NCBI GenBank assembly: GCA_002189035.1
Contig: CM007989.1
Coordinates: 7,998,001 to 8,062,000 of the forward strand
Source of the DNA: Utricularia gibba
Taxonomy: Eukaryota > Plantae > Magnoliophyta
Direction: 5' to 3'
DNA length: 64,000 bases
Positions 41,449 through 54,175 of the stretch are shown one piece after another (position 1 is the first letter of the stretch; each line of letters starts with the position of its first letter). Made by a program: the position numbers and the translations under genes. Below the pieces are notes generated by a model. It did no database searches and had not been told where the DNA came from. It worked only from the letters and a program-made list of their open reading frames with translations.

Positions 41449-43708
41449 ATGCCTCCTTCTTCGTCGTCCTCGTCGGAGGGGAGCGCCACCGTGAGCTGGG
41501 AGCTGCAGCGGGCGTCGTCTTCCCGGATAAGGCGGCGGAGGAGGAGGCATCACAACCACCGCATTTGGCCGGAGCCCTTTGTGGAAGCTGTCGCGCTGCA
41601 GGTTGCCCTTGACGCCTTCCTCTCCCTCGGCCGCCTCTCCGCCGCCCCGGCCCTCTTCAACCTCTTCCAGGTAACACCCCGTCTCTCAAAACCCTGTCCT
41701 GGTTTTCTAGTGTGGCAAGTTCTTGCATATAGAACTGAATTGATTGTCTCCGGGGATGGAGACGATGTGGTAGTGAAGTACTGTGCTGGGGTGATTGTTT
41801 TAATCCATCCATCCATGTATCTGCCCATACTTATTTATGGTCTGAAATGCAAAAGGCACGAGACAGTGAATGAGCATCGGCCAGCAGAAGGTGTCTGTTT
41901 ATTACCCCAACCTATGACTTACACTTGGCTCTCCAACAAAACCCCATCCCTTTCATCCCTCTGTCTCTATTTACTCTTGTCCTGACCACCCCCCCTGACC
42001 AATTTCATCAATAAATGTCATTACAGCCGAGTCTAGTTGCCCTTCTGCATCTGTTTCATTCCAGGTATGGAGGAGCCTGAGGACCTCCCTCCCCTCCTCA
42101 GGCATCACCCTACAAGAAAACATTGTCTACCCATCTCTGGGAATCCAAACGGAGATTGAATTGAGTTAGATTCTGTAGAAACCTCACCCTGATTGAGATT
42201 GAACTTGCTCATTCATTCTTCTCTGGATCTGAGCAAATGCTTTTGTTAACGCCAGGGCAAGGGCTTTGAGGCCACCGCGCCTGAAAATGGGTGATTAAAG
42301 GCGTGGTTTTGATATGACATTAGGGTTCTTTCCCAATGTAGGGAACCGTAAAGGCTGTTTAAGGGTTTGTCGTTTCTGCCTACTTTTTTGATACGGGGTT
42401 TGACTGTGATTATTGACTGTGAGGGTTTTGGAGAGGTTGAGATTGACGGGGTTTTGTTGCAGGTTTGTTCGACGTGGAGGGCGATATCACGGTCGGAGTT
42501 ACTGTGGCGGAATCTGAGTCGTCGGATATGGAGCGTCGGATCACGTGAGCGGCGCACGTGGCTGGAGGAGTACGTGTACCGTCATCGCACCGCCACCAAT
42601 TTCCGGCGGGGCGGATACGTTTACACCACGCTTCATTTTGTTCCGACCAACGTGGAGAACAATGATGACGACAACAACGATGGGCCCTCCTGCCGCCGTT
42701 TGGCTCTTTCCGAGAGACACCTCGCCGCAGGATTTTCCGACGGCGCTGTGCACCTTTTCCATCTTCCGACCAGAATGTACCTCAACACCTTCTACCCCCA
42801 GCACCGCGATCGGGTTGGCCGGTTTTCAAGCGCTGTTTCCGGTATCGTTATGTTCGACAATCATCTCGTTTTCGCCACCCTGGATGGCGACGTCTATGTC
42901 GCCGTTTTCAACGGCGGCGCCCAGTTGAGACGCGCTCATTTGGGCGATGTGGTTAATCACGGCGCCTTGGTTGATTTTTCCGGCAGCGATCGGTGGTGGG
43001 TTGGCTTGTTCGCAGGTATCTTTCGTTTTATTTTAGAATTTAAACCTTTAAAAAAGGAAATAATAAAAAGTAGCATCAAGTACACATTTTGTACTCGTGA
43101 AATTAACTTTTCGGAGTCCGAAAGCAGGTGTACCGGAGCATGCCTTTCACATTTGGAATAGTGAGACGGAGGAGCTGGTCTTCATCGGAGGCACGATGAC
43201 GAACCCGGAGTCCGTTCGAGGGTGGCATCTCCTGAACGAGCTCACCGACCTGATAGGGCGCGTGCGGGTAACTCGCCACCAGACGGCCGTGGCGTGTACG
43301 AGCGAAATGGCTATCGTGGTGGACTTGACGACGGAGGGGCTGGTGCTGGGTCAGGAGGAGTGTCGGCGTGGGGTGATCGTCGGTGCCTTCGACGTGAACA
43401 ATGAAGTCGCCTTGATTGTCGACAGCCGCGGCGTGGCGTCCGTCCGCCGCGTTGCTGATCTCAGTAGCGAGGTATCCCGGTTTCCTATTCGCGGTGGTTC
43501 GCATGGCGGGGTCTTAGCATCCGTGAACCTAGGTTATGCGGCGGTGCTCGTCGGTGGCGGGATCAGGGTTTTGGATTTAGCCAATGGTGAGTATCTGTAT
43601 AGTCTCCGGGACGTCATCGTAGAGGCCAATGCCCTGGCCGCCGATGACCGGTACGTGGCTGCGTGTTCATCTGAGTGCACGATTCACTTGTGGGACTTCG
43701 GGGCATAG
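41449..43708 (+). CDS. SAP: F-box/WD40-like protein STERILE APETALA
   Basis: Exons 41449-41670, 42463-43015, 43128-43708. IWPEPFVEAVALQVA, VCSTWRAISRSELLW, YRHRTATNF, GALVDFSGSDRWWVGLFAG|VP..AFHIW, IHLWDFGA*. Confidence 0.93.
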
Positions 43709-44794
43709 TTAGAAGACTAACCGCCCTTAAAATCTGAGTTAAGCAAAATGGGAGAGCATATTTATTGTGGGGGTTTAGCTGCGTAGGTGTATTTAGGGTT
43801 CAGGGTTTGTCATTGTCTAGGATTGCAGCAACAGAAGCAGCAGCTTTTTGGGTCTTTGTTTTCCATATATGTGTATTTGTATTCTGCCGAGGATCTGCAA
43901 AGTGTTTCTCTTTGATTCCAGATTGGAGTACATGACAAGGCGTAACATTTCATAGGGATTCAGGAAATGCAGATAGATTTTGGACAAGCCTTCTGGTTTT
44001 TGTTGTTACTCAAACGGCCGCCTCCTCGTGCAAGCAAGAACAAAAGAACAAAAGAAATCAGACAAAAAGCTACTCGCACAGTGCACCCCCTTCTATGAAT
44101 GTGAACATCAGCCAAGTTGTGGTTTTTCAACAATCAGATGGGTCAAACACTGATCACTGTGGATCATTTATCCGCCGGTAAATTTCTTTTTTGCAACTGG
44201 AATTGAGAATTGGGTGTCCGTGATCCCTATCTTCTTTAAAGTGCTCCCCCTTTTGTCTGGTTACGAAGGGAATCTGCTGAACCTGGACAGGAATGTACTC
44301 TTAGAGAAGGAAGATTCCATTTGGGTAGCAACCTTCAGTCCATGAATCCCTTTTTAAACTGAGAGCCCACTCTCATGGGAGAGCTCTTGTGAAGTTCTCA
44401 TGGCGCATCACAGTCTCCATGGAACTTTCGTGGGTTGAGGTTTAGAATCCAACTGAGTGCTAATTGGCAGTTTAACCATGTGGAAGATGACCCGTGAAGG
44501 TTTCTTCTTGAATAAGTAGCATCTCACATGAACGCTCGATCCAGGAGTCCTGTTCTGTGGTTCCCTGATGGTTCTGGAACTCGCAGCACAGACAAATTGG
44601 ATGTTAGTTCTTGGATGAACACCAACTGCTTTAAGAATTTCTCAAAAGAGAACTTTTTTTTTTTCTGGATTATCATGGCAGGGGATACAGTCATGTTTTC
44701 TTTTAAAAAATGAGTGTTTTTAATGCAAGTAGTAACGGGCTGTTAGGTAGGGGTGGTTAGACTAGTTTTACCAGCTTTGGTTTAATATTAACTT

Positions 44795-45053
44795 TGTTTG
44801 GTAGAAGGGATTAGTTTAACACCAGGTTTAAATTAAACACTAATTTTCCTGGTTTTATGGGTTTAAATTCAACCCACCCCCTCATGGTTTTAAAATAAAC
44901 AGGATGTTTATTACTAAATAATTCAAATTATGAAATCAGGTTTTAAATAAACAACAATACCAAACTTGTTTCTATTTAAAGAGGTATAATTTTAAACACA
45001 ATTCTAAACCTTAATAATTCTAACCTATATTATTCCAAAACTGCTACCAAACA
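44795..45053. mobile_element. Possible Tourist/Harbinger-like MITE remnant
   Basis: 10-bp inverted repeat TGTTTGGTAG (44795-44804) / CTACCAAACA (45044-45053) around an AT-rich interior; the right end is followed by TGTCCTAA. Left outer TIR and TSD are not clean. Confidence 0.4.
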
Positions 45054-45857
45054 TGTCCTAATAATTTGGCATCTGTATCATCGTCTGGTATCATCCAAAT
45101 TCCACCACGTCCCAATCTCTCTCTCTCTCTCTGTTTCTCATCCACAAGTCACAGTGGGGAAGACAATGGATAGGAATTGCAGCACGGCCATGAACGAGAC
45201 CATTCAAAGATGGCTCTTTGTTTCTCTTTCCTCCTTTATGGAGTATAATTTTTGTACGTACTGAATAGATAGAGAGCACCAGCCGTTTCAGCTGTGGCGC
45301 CGACGCAGAAATTCCATCCATCCTCCTGGGTGAGGCCCAGTTGGGGTTCGCTGGACCACGAAATTGGTTCAATCATGTGGATGGATGGATTAGCGTGAAT
45401 TGGATGCTTTCTTCTGTGTATTGATTTTCCCACTTCAGATGCAACGCACGCTGTAGAAAAGATTCCATCTTTGATCCTCATCGGGATGAGATCGACCTCC
45501 CGTCTCCCTGCCCTGTTTTCCTCTCATCACCAATTTTCTCCACTGGGTTTTTATTTTTTGCCCGTGTTATGTCGGCTTTTTCGGCAATTGCTTTGGTCAC
45601 AGTCTAGCTACAGAGAAACCAGAAGGAACGCAAGGAAGGAAAAGAAGAAAGAACCTCCCCACCTCGCACATTCCCACGCCTCTCAATTTCCCTTCTTTTG
45701 TTTTCTTCGTTGTGTGCTAACTCCTCTCTATCCTCCTATTGCCGTCCCATTCTTCGGCGACTCTTTCGTTGTCGGCAGACCCATCTTCTTCCTGTTCTTT
45801 TTTACCCATCGATCTTGCACAAGATCGCAAGTTTGGTGAGAAGGGTGTCTTGATCTG

Positions 45858-47137
45858 ATGGCTGAGAGTAATGGGGCGGTTCTGGATTCAATGCCAGGGC
45901 ACAGGAGTGGTTCTTTTGAGGATGCTACTGCCCGGCTTAAGCTTCAAACTCTCGTGCAAAACTATCAGCAACTGCAAAGGGTTTTCTTCTTCCCCCCTTT
46001 TCGTTTGAGATTTGTCGTTTAATTTACTAATCAAATTTCGTGTTTGGATCTGTTATACATGATTTCGTTTCATCGGGTTGTTTATTGCTTCTATTACAGG
46101 TTCTTTCCCCCATGCCTTACTCCCTTTTTAACAGTGCTGTGCTTAGTTCTTAATGTCTACGCTTCATTGGTTCTTCAAGTTTATTGAACTGTTTCCCGTG
46201 GTTTTTTCCTCATGCTTTACCATGACTTGTTCATCACCATTCGTTACTGCAAGTGCCGCAAAATAAGTAGAGAATGATGTTTATGAATGAACACAAGAAC
46301 AATGAGGCCTGATGTCTCCCCATCGACATTTTCAGGAAGTTGATGCAATGAGAAGGAATTTAGGAGCAGCAAAGAAGAGGGAGATTGTGGTTGAAGCCGA
46401 AGTTCGGTATCAACATTCTTTTCCCCTTACAGTCTATCATTGTTGCCCTGCCTATGTTCACTTCCATTGCTTTTGATCTGTGACATTTGCTGCAGCTTCT
46501 GGTGCTTTTCTTGCTGATCATCCAACTTCTGTTTCCCTTTCACCATTTGTGTAGGTTCTTACGGAGAAAATATCAGTCCTTGGTGAAAGGAAGTACTGCG
46601 AGCACAAGGTTGTCCAACCATTCGGAGCAGATCAGAGGTCTCATTTTCTGTTCAGAGAGAAGGGATGTGTGCCGGAGTAGTTCTTCTTCTCCCTTGGCGC
46701 ATCCACATTGCAGAGAAGTGCCGCAAGGGAGACAGAGGAGTAGTATGCTTGCCTTACACGGTGGAGCAAGCAAAGTTGGCGTTGCTGTGAAGAGGGAAGC
46801 ATGGAAACCAAGTGAAAAGACGGATCCTGAACATGGAAAAGGAGATGCAAACATGTTCGATGTCGAATCACTGGATCGAAGCCGAGCTTCCAAGGTCCGG
46901 ACTGAAGATTTGTTAACCATCAGAGCCCCGTTATTTGATCTGAATGAAGCCTCAGTAGGCGATGAGAGCTTCCATTGCGATGCTGAACCTGTGATGAGCA
47001 TGAAGGCTGGCACTGGGGATAACTTCCAGAATGGCTTGAAGGTGCTTCTCTGCCGAGATGCGGGCGAAGGCTCGTCCTCATCCCGTGTAGCGAAGAGGAA
47101 GATTTCATGGCAGGATCCTGTTGCTGTAAGAGTGTGA
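45858..47137 (+). CDS. Uncharacterised conserved plant protein (coiled-coil N-terminus, KRKISWQD C-terminus)
   Basis: Exons 45858-45980, 46336-46406, 46555-47137 in frame: ..LVQNYQQLQR|EVDAMRR..EAEVR|FLRRKY..AKRKISWQDPVAVRV*. Confidence 0.75.
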
Positions 47138-47761
47138 AGCTCGCACTACTCATCTTGCGCTTTGTCATTACAGAGGAAGCAAGTTTGCTGGTTTTGGCTA
47201 GCAACTGTCTGGTGATACATGAGCTTTGAACTTGTGAATGTAATGGCTGCTTCTTGGAAACAGCATCTTGTGTTGATTGATTGAGGATGAATAATGAAAT
47301 CAATCTGAAGACAGAGGCATGAGAACTGTAAAACAAGCATAGCTGCATGAATCTGCATTTGTTCTTTCCTAAGGTTTCTGTAAGCTGAATCATTAGCAAA
47401 GAACAAGTACACCTACCACCACCAGCAAGAACTGATACCCTATCGCAGTGGAAACGGTGAGGAACAGGGAAGCTGTAAATTCTTACTACAGAAGAATGTT
47501 TCTTTACTAGACTAGAACCTGCATCCGATATTCCTCTCAACTGGGATCATCACCAATACCAGCAGGTCGTTTACTCCCTAGAGAATGCATGAATGATGTT
47601 TTGTACCGATGGTACAGTCTCATCATTACAAAGATTGTATGACAATGTCTGAGATGACTATAAAACACAACTTTCAGAAAGTTATCATTGTCCAGTACAA
47701 ATATCAATCAACCAAGCAACTAAATCATGGAGTGATCAAAAGGGCGAGTAGCGAATTGAAT

Positions 47762-48159
47762 TTATATCATTTTCGATAGCTTGTTTCTCCTCTTTGTATT
47801 CTTCTTTCTAAGCAAATGCCCTCCTCCGCTCGTCTTCTCATTATCTTACCACCCCCAGAAACCCTGAACAGCTTGGCAGACGCCTGAAGTCATCTTAAAA
47901 AAGACACTGAAAAACAAATGCGCAAAAAATTGCCTTGTGCGTCTTCATCTTGTAGCCCTTGACGCATTCCTTTCTTGAAGGTCGGGCTTCCCATGTCTCC
48001 TGGCGCAACGTCTACTCCAGAAATAAGATGCATCGACGCAGATGACTTGTTGCAGAAACTGAGTTTGGGAGCAGGGTTTTCCCCGCAGGAAAAGATGTGA
48101 CTGAAACACCCACCGAGGGCTACCGCACACAACGCCGTCGCCATTGCTGATGCAGCCAT
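47762..48159 (-). pseudogene. RPL35: Degenerate plastid 50S ribosomal protein L35 gene
   Basis: Transit-peptide-like N-terminus, then VKGYKMKTHK|ASAKLFRVSGGGKIMRRRA..HLLRKKNTKRRNKLSKMI* spread over three frames; 50-bp GC-AG intron 47933-47884; C-terminal tail missing. Confidence 0.7.
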
Positions 48160-51100
48160 GGAAGCTCTCTATGCTTTCTTTTCCCACTGAAAACCCCTGG
48201 TTGTGGTCGAGCCCGGAGAAGGATTGGGCCTGAGTCACCCGTATATATACACAATCGGACTTAATTAAAAATATCTTGAAACGGTGTACCCTCCACCAAT
48301 TCCAATCCAGCCCCACCGCCGTGCTATTTCCACCCGTTAAGGCGTGCCCAAAAGAACGAACCCCGGAAAAACAGGCCACCTCGAAATGGGTTGTCCTCCG
48401 GCGGCGGTCTCGAGGTCAAGCAAGAAAGAGGCACCTCGAGATGGGTAAGCGCCGGCTCGGGAGGAGGGGTACGACGGGGATTCCCACCACTGAAGAGGGC
48501 AAAAGTGGAACACTCCGAAGCGTCGCTGTTTCAGAACTGCTGCTCTGGTCCCGCAAATCTAGCTCCACCGTCCACATGCAGGGACCTGCAACTGCAATTA
48601 TGATAATTTAATACAAACTTATTATAACTTTACCCCCTATTCATTTTAGCCCCTGTATTATGCACATATTATTTATGGCAACTACAAAAATTCTTTTTAG
48701 TCCTCAATAAGCATATTAGAGACTCCCTTTCGAAATTAATATATACTTTCCACTCCCTCCGAGTTTTTAACTTAATTTATATTAAATAATACATATTAAT
48801 CATATATTTAATCAATATTAATATTTAAAATTATAAATTCGACATTTAAATTTAAAATTTTTAAAATTAATGTCTAAATAATATTTTTAATTATTCATTT
48901 TTAAAATACTCCATAAATTATAAAACGACTCTTTTATTTTTCCATTTTGAGCAATTAATGATCATATTTTTGCAATTAACCCCCTCAACAATATGGAATT
49001 TACGCTGGACAACATCATGATACAACAGCGGGAAAAAGGTTTTTTTTTTCAAATTTTTTTCAGATGGGGAGAGGAGAAGAGGGTGATGGTTCATGTGAAA
49101 ACTAAGCAGAATTTGTATTAGAAAAAGTAAACCAGAGTGAAAGGTTTCGTGGCTACAGTGAGAGTGGAGGAGACAGACAAACTGCAGACGTATTTGCAGA
49201 AACAAGCAAAGCAGCAGCAGCATTCATTGTTCCGAGCCTTTCTTGCTCCATCCGCTCTTCTAAGATCCCTCGATTTCCCTACACACAGATTTCATTTTTC
49301 TTCGGAAATGAAGCCCTGTTGAGAAAAAGGGGTGTGCTTCGTGTTGAGCTGTGTATTTCACCTGGGAGAAAAGAAGATTCTTAACTGTGTTTGTGTTGTG
49401 GAGTTGATGTTTTGAAATGAGGTTCTGGGTTCTGTTTTTCTGGCGGTGGTGGAGGCGGGTGCGCCGGTGGAGGTGCAGTTAGAAGCGGAGGAAATGGCGG
49501 CGGGGTGGCTCCATGTTGCGTTTTGATTTGGTTCCAAGATCGCAGCTTTTTGAGAAGGGGCTTCTTTTTTTACCTGTTCCTCCGTCGTCTCGGCTTATGA
49601 CGCCAGCGGAGATGGTTGCGGCGGTGACGATGATATTGGCGGGATGGCTCAATCTTGTGATTTCTGTCTTCTTTTCTCCCTTTTTTGCTTCTTTTGAATC
49701 ATTTTTCTCCACCGTCCAGGGCTGTGTTCCAGTTGTGGGCTTGGAAATTTAATCTCAGTTCTACTGTTATAAGTCTTCATGCTTCACTTCTCCCAAATTT
49801 GTTAAAACAGTCTGCTGTTCAGCTCAAACCTGCTGTACATCTATTGCTCTCTGTCTGTAAATCACTTCGTTCTTTCCTCCACTTTCGCTACTAGGGTTTC
49901 GAATTCATGCTTTAGCAGAATCAAATCACAGGTTGCTGACTTCGAACCCACGGGTAATGTTGATGGATAGAAAGATGGTGTTGATGTTTTATGGCAAACC
50001 ACTTGAAAATGGGGAGCTTCGTCTTGCGCTGTCGGTAAGAATGAGCATTCAAACGAGATTCCCAATGAGCATTTGGACAAGCATCGGATCTTGTCGGACT
50101 GTTGGAATCAATCATGCGCGCACGGGCCGCTTTTGGCCAACTACCCGTACACATTACTCCATTACTCTTGTAGGTGATCCTCAGGTGAGCCAACATCAGA
50201 GATTACCCCATGGCTTCTTCATACAGATGCTGCTGCTGAATGACCACGGCGCAGATTCAGGCATTTCTTCTCAGGAAGAGCTGTGATTTACTCAATGCTT
50301 CAAGAGACAAGACGAAGGTTTTGATTGTTGGGCATTCCGATAAGCCCCAGCAGCATCATCACCTTAAACAATAGTAGCTATGGGTGAGCAATGCAATCTG
50401 AAGGTAAGAGAAGGGAAAGAGTACCATCAAGGAAGGGTCAGGTCAATGTTTTTCAGAGAGATCTTCGGCGTCCCTGCCAATTCCTCCAACTTCGAGATAC
50501 CCATCAGCTCCAACACTCTCTCCCCTGCATATCCCGCAACTTCCTTCGCCAATTCAGCTAAACCCACTACGCACATCCATATGCTCTCGTCCAAAGTAGT
50601 TCTCAGTTGAGAACAGTATCGCATCAGCAAGATCATCAACATGGGCGAACTATCGGAGTGGATTCCCACTTCCCCAGTTAAGACGTCGGAATTCTCGGGG
50701 TGGAAGTTGTCAGTGGGCCGTATACGTTTGTGGGCATGGCTGAAATCGCGTCCAAGGAAAGTTGATCCGAAATTTTAGCGATTGCATAGCATTCATTGGT
50801 AGGTTCCAAGTGAATTTGCTATAGATGCAGGATGAGCCCAGAGAGCTGAGCTTCCGGGTTCCATGGACGCACTGTTCCTTCTCTGGAAATTCAGGTATCG
50901 GACGCATTCCTGGAGTTACCATCAGAAATAGCAATGCATCTCGTGGCAGCAAAACCACTTGGGCGAGAAATCCTCAGGCCTCAAGTGGATTAAGAAAGTA
51001 CTGCGAAGTCAGAGATGGCGATCAACATGATGGTTGAAGATCCCTAGTTCTTCTTGAACAGAAAGAAATCCTACGGTTGATGACACAGAGAACATGACGG

Positions 51101-51791
51101 CGAGTGAGAGTTATCACTTCCATCCATCGTCACTTCTGCCTTGCTCATATACCTTCTCATCCATTCACTACCAGAGCTTGTTGAGCAACCTATCGGAGCA
51201 AGTCCGAGGCGAAGATCGCCAACTTCACTCGCGAAGACGCAAAGGGCTGAAGAAGGTAACACCACATCCCATCTCCTCAATCCAGTGTCTTCTGTAACAA
51301 CATCGTTTCATTTCTGCTGACGCCTGTTGTACGTCATTTACTGTTTATATCATTTTTATTTTTATTTCATAAATTGAGTAAAATGAAAAAATTATGTGAT
51401 CATTTTTTTTCACAAACGTATTACAATATCGTCAACTATTTCAAAACCAACACAATATTTTGGAGGGATTCTTGAGAGTAAGAACTTTGATTTTTTTCCG
51501 ATATTGTGATAAAAAAATGATGATTATTATTTAATCTTAAAGTGTTTATGGTAAATGAATTAAATCGATATAATCATTCAAATAAAAATGATTCACTGTT
51601 TTTTATAAATTAAAAATATGAATTCGCAATATACAACATGACATATGGTTTTGGTGCGGTTGTTTTTGTATGCAAAATATAAAATATAATTTAATCATAC
51701 AAATAATTAGGGTTTTAATTTAAATAAAGAAATGGGTGTTTTGGGTGGGGTGCTAAAACGACGACGTCTTGAGGAGCAAGAGATTCGGGGC

Positions 51792-54175
51792 ATGGCGGCA
51801 AGCCCGTCCTCTCACCGGATTCTCTCCGCTTCGTTCAACCAAGACAATAGGTGCCGTTTTTTTTTTTTTTTTTTGTATATAATCTATGTGTCCGCGATTG
51901 ACCGCGGGTCTCCGACCGCAATCAAGGAATTCTGAGATCCTTTTCTTCAATCTCTCTTTTTTTTTGCTGCTTCAGCTGCTTCGCAATCGGAACTAGAGAT
52001 GGCTTCAAGGTATTCGACTGCGATTCGGGAAGGCTTCTTTATGAGCGAGGTATTTGGATATTGCAGCGCGTTTAATTTTGTTTTTGTTTTTTTCGTGGTA
52101 TATTGTTTGTGGTATGTCTGTTGGGTTCTGTGCAACTGCACCTTGTTTATGAAAACATTTAACTTTGGTAAATTTGTCTTGTTATGTGTATTTTGATATG
52201 TAGCAGGGGTCTTACTGGTTCACATAGTTCAGGATACTTATTTTTTTCCCTTACTCAGTTCTCAAGCCCTTCTAAGGTGTTACATAGATTTTTATTCTTT
52301 TGTTAGTGGTTGGGGCTTTCGTCATTGTGGAAATGCTGTACAGATCAAACCTTTTGGCTGTAGTTGGAGCTGGTGAACAGGTTCGTATATTCTGCTGATC
52401 AATCATTTCTTGGGCTTGCTCTTGCTTTCTCTCTAACGCATACTCACAGCAGCCATCTTTATCTCCGAGGATATTATGTTTATTCAACACTCTTGATGGA
52501 AATGCTCTTCAAGAACTCAACTTCTTGACTTCCATTCTGGCAGTACGTATAAATAGAAAAAGGTATATATTTAGTGCCTGAAGAATGTAGCTTTCTTTGT
52601 TAGGTGGCTAACTGGCTATGCATCTGTCGCGACCTCATGATTGAATAGCAGATTCTCTAATTTTAAATATTTTTTGCATGAATGTTCTTTGCAAAGTAAT
52701 CGAATTTCAGAGTTACTGCTGTAGTCTGTCTTAAATTTCATGTGGGGGTTGCTTACTGTCAGGTTAATAGTTGTATTGCAAGATCAGACGTACATCTATG
52801 ACGTTAACAGTCTGGAGAAACAGCAAGTAATTGATACAGTGCCAAATTCAAAAGGTTATTTGAAAGTTTGCGTTTTGATTTCAAACTCTCCTTCCCTTCT
52901 CTTCACAGTTTTTGTTTGCTTTCCTTCCACTCAGGACTTTGTGCATTTTCTACAAGTGTGGATGGTCCATACCTGGCTCTTCCAGCAAGCACAGCAAAAG
53001 GGTCTGTGTTGGTCTACAATGTTATGGATCTGCAGTCACATTGTGAGGTTGCAACTTTTACTCTTGACATTGTGTAAATCTCTGGAAATTTCACATTTGA
53101 TCTTCTAAATGAAGCTAATGTCCAGATAGATGCCCACCGCTCTCCATTGGCCGCCATGGCATTTTCTTCCAGTGCAATGTATCTGGCTACTGCTTCGGAA
53201 CAAGGACCATAATCCGAATTCATCCAATTTCAAAAGCAACTAAGGTATTCAGACTGAAATCTTTACTCTATTGGATTTGTAGCACCATCTTTACTTTGAA
53301 TTATTTTCCTTTTATAGATTCGCTTGTATCTCCAAGCTTCTTTATTTGAGAGTTAATTGCAGTATGTTTATCAGTCCTACAGTTTTCGTAGAGGGGCATA
53401 TCCATCAGCAATATATTCTCTTTCTTTCTCACCATCAGCTGATCTTCCTGACATTCTTCTTGCCACAAGCGGTTCAGGTTCTGTCCACATATTCTCATTG
53501 GGCTCTGATCAGAATGAAGGGTAAGTTCCTTGTCATCTATTCACTCTTCTTACATGAGTTATATTTTTAGCTTGAATGAATGCCAAAAGGTACCGCCAGT
53601 TACACCTGCAAAATGTTAGAAATCTTATCATCTGTTTGCCCATCTTTACTTCCTTCATGTTCAGGATCAGAAAACCGAGCAATTTCCTCGGGTCCATAAT
53701 ACCAGGTTCCGTATATGATGCTTTGGATCCCACTCATCATATCGTATTTCACCATGCCTCCCCTGCCGGAATAAAAAGGTATGCATCCATCTCTCTCCCT
53801 GTCTCTGGTTGTCACTTGCTGGAGACACCCCCATGAACCCATTCCTTCACTTGGTGCATAGCAATGCTGTAATCAGGAAACTCGAGAAACTGAATGGATC
53901 ATCGAACCACAATGGCTCTACAGCGTTCAGGTGACTGGTTTACACCCTGGTCTCAAGATGAGCTCTTGATCATAATGTCATCAACTTTGCTTCCTTCTAA
54001 CACTTGCATCTGTGTGTCCTCCTTCAGAGCAACTGTTTCGATCATTACACTGAATGGGCATTTCCAAGAGTACAGCCTATCCATAAACCAGAAACGTGAA
54101 GCTACATGGAGTCTGGAACATGAGTTCAATCTTCTCACAGACGCCGCAGAACAAACAGCAACTGTAGTTGTCTGA
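51792..54175 (+). CDS. ATG18b: Autophagy-related protein 18b (WIPI/PROPPIN), multi-exon
   Basis: ILSASFNQDN|SCFAIGTRDGFKVFD, VEMLY, ELNFLTSILAVR, DAHRSPLAAM..ATASEQG(T)IIRIH (needs +1 base at GG 53204-53205), SYSFRRG lipid-binding motif, SWSLEHEFNLL-like end. Confidence 0.92.

Noticed and set aside
45117-45131. (CT)n microsatellites (also about 56021-56039)
   Set aside because: Ordinary short simple repeats.
50427-50669. ELAKEVAGYAGE..LELMG resembling an NB-ARC GLPL region
   Set aside because: The GLPL core is absent, and no P-loop, kinase-2 or MHD motif was found in neighbouring frames.
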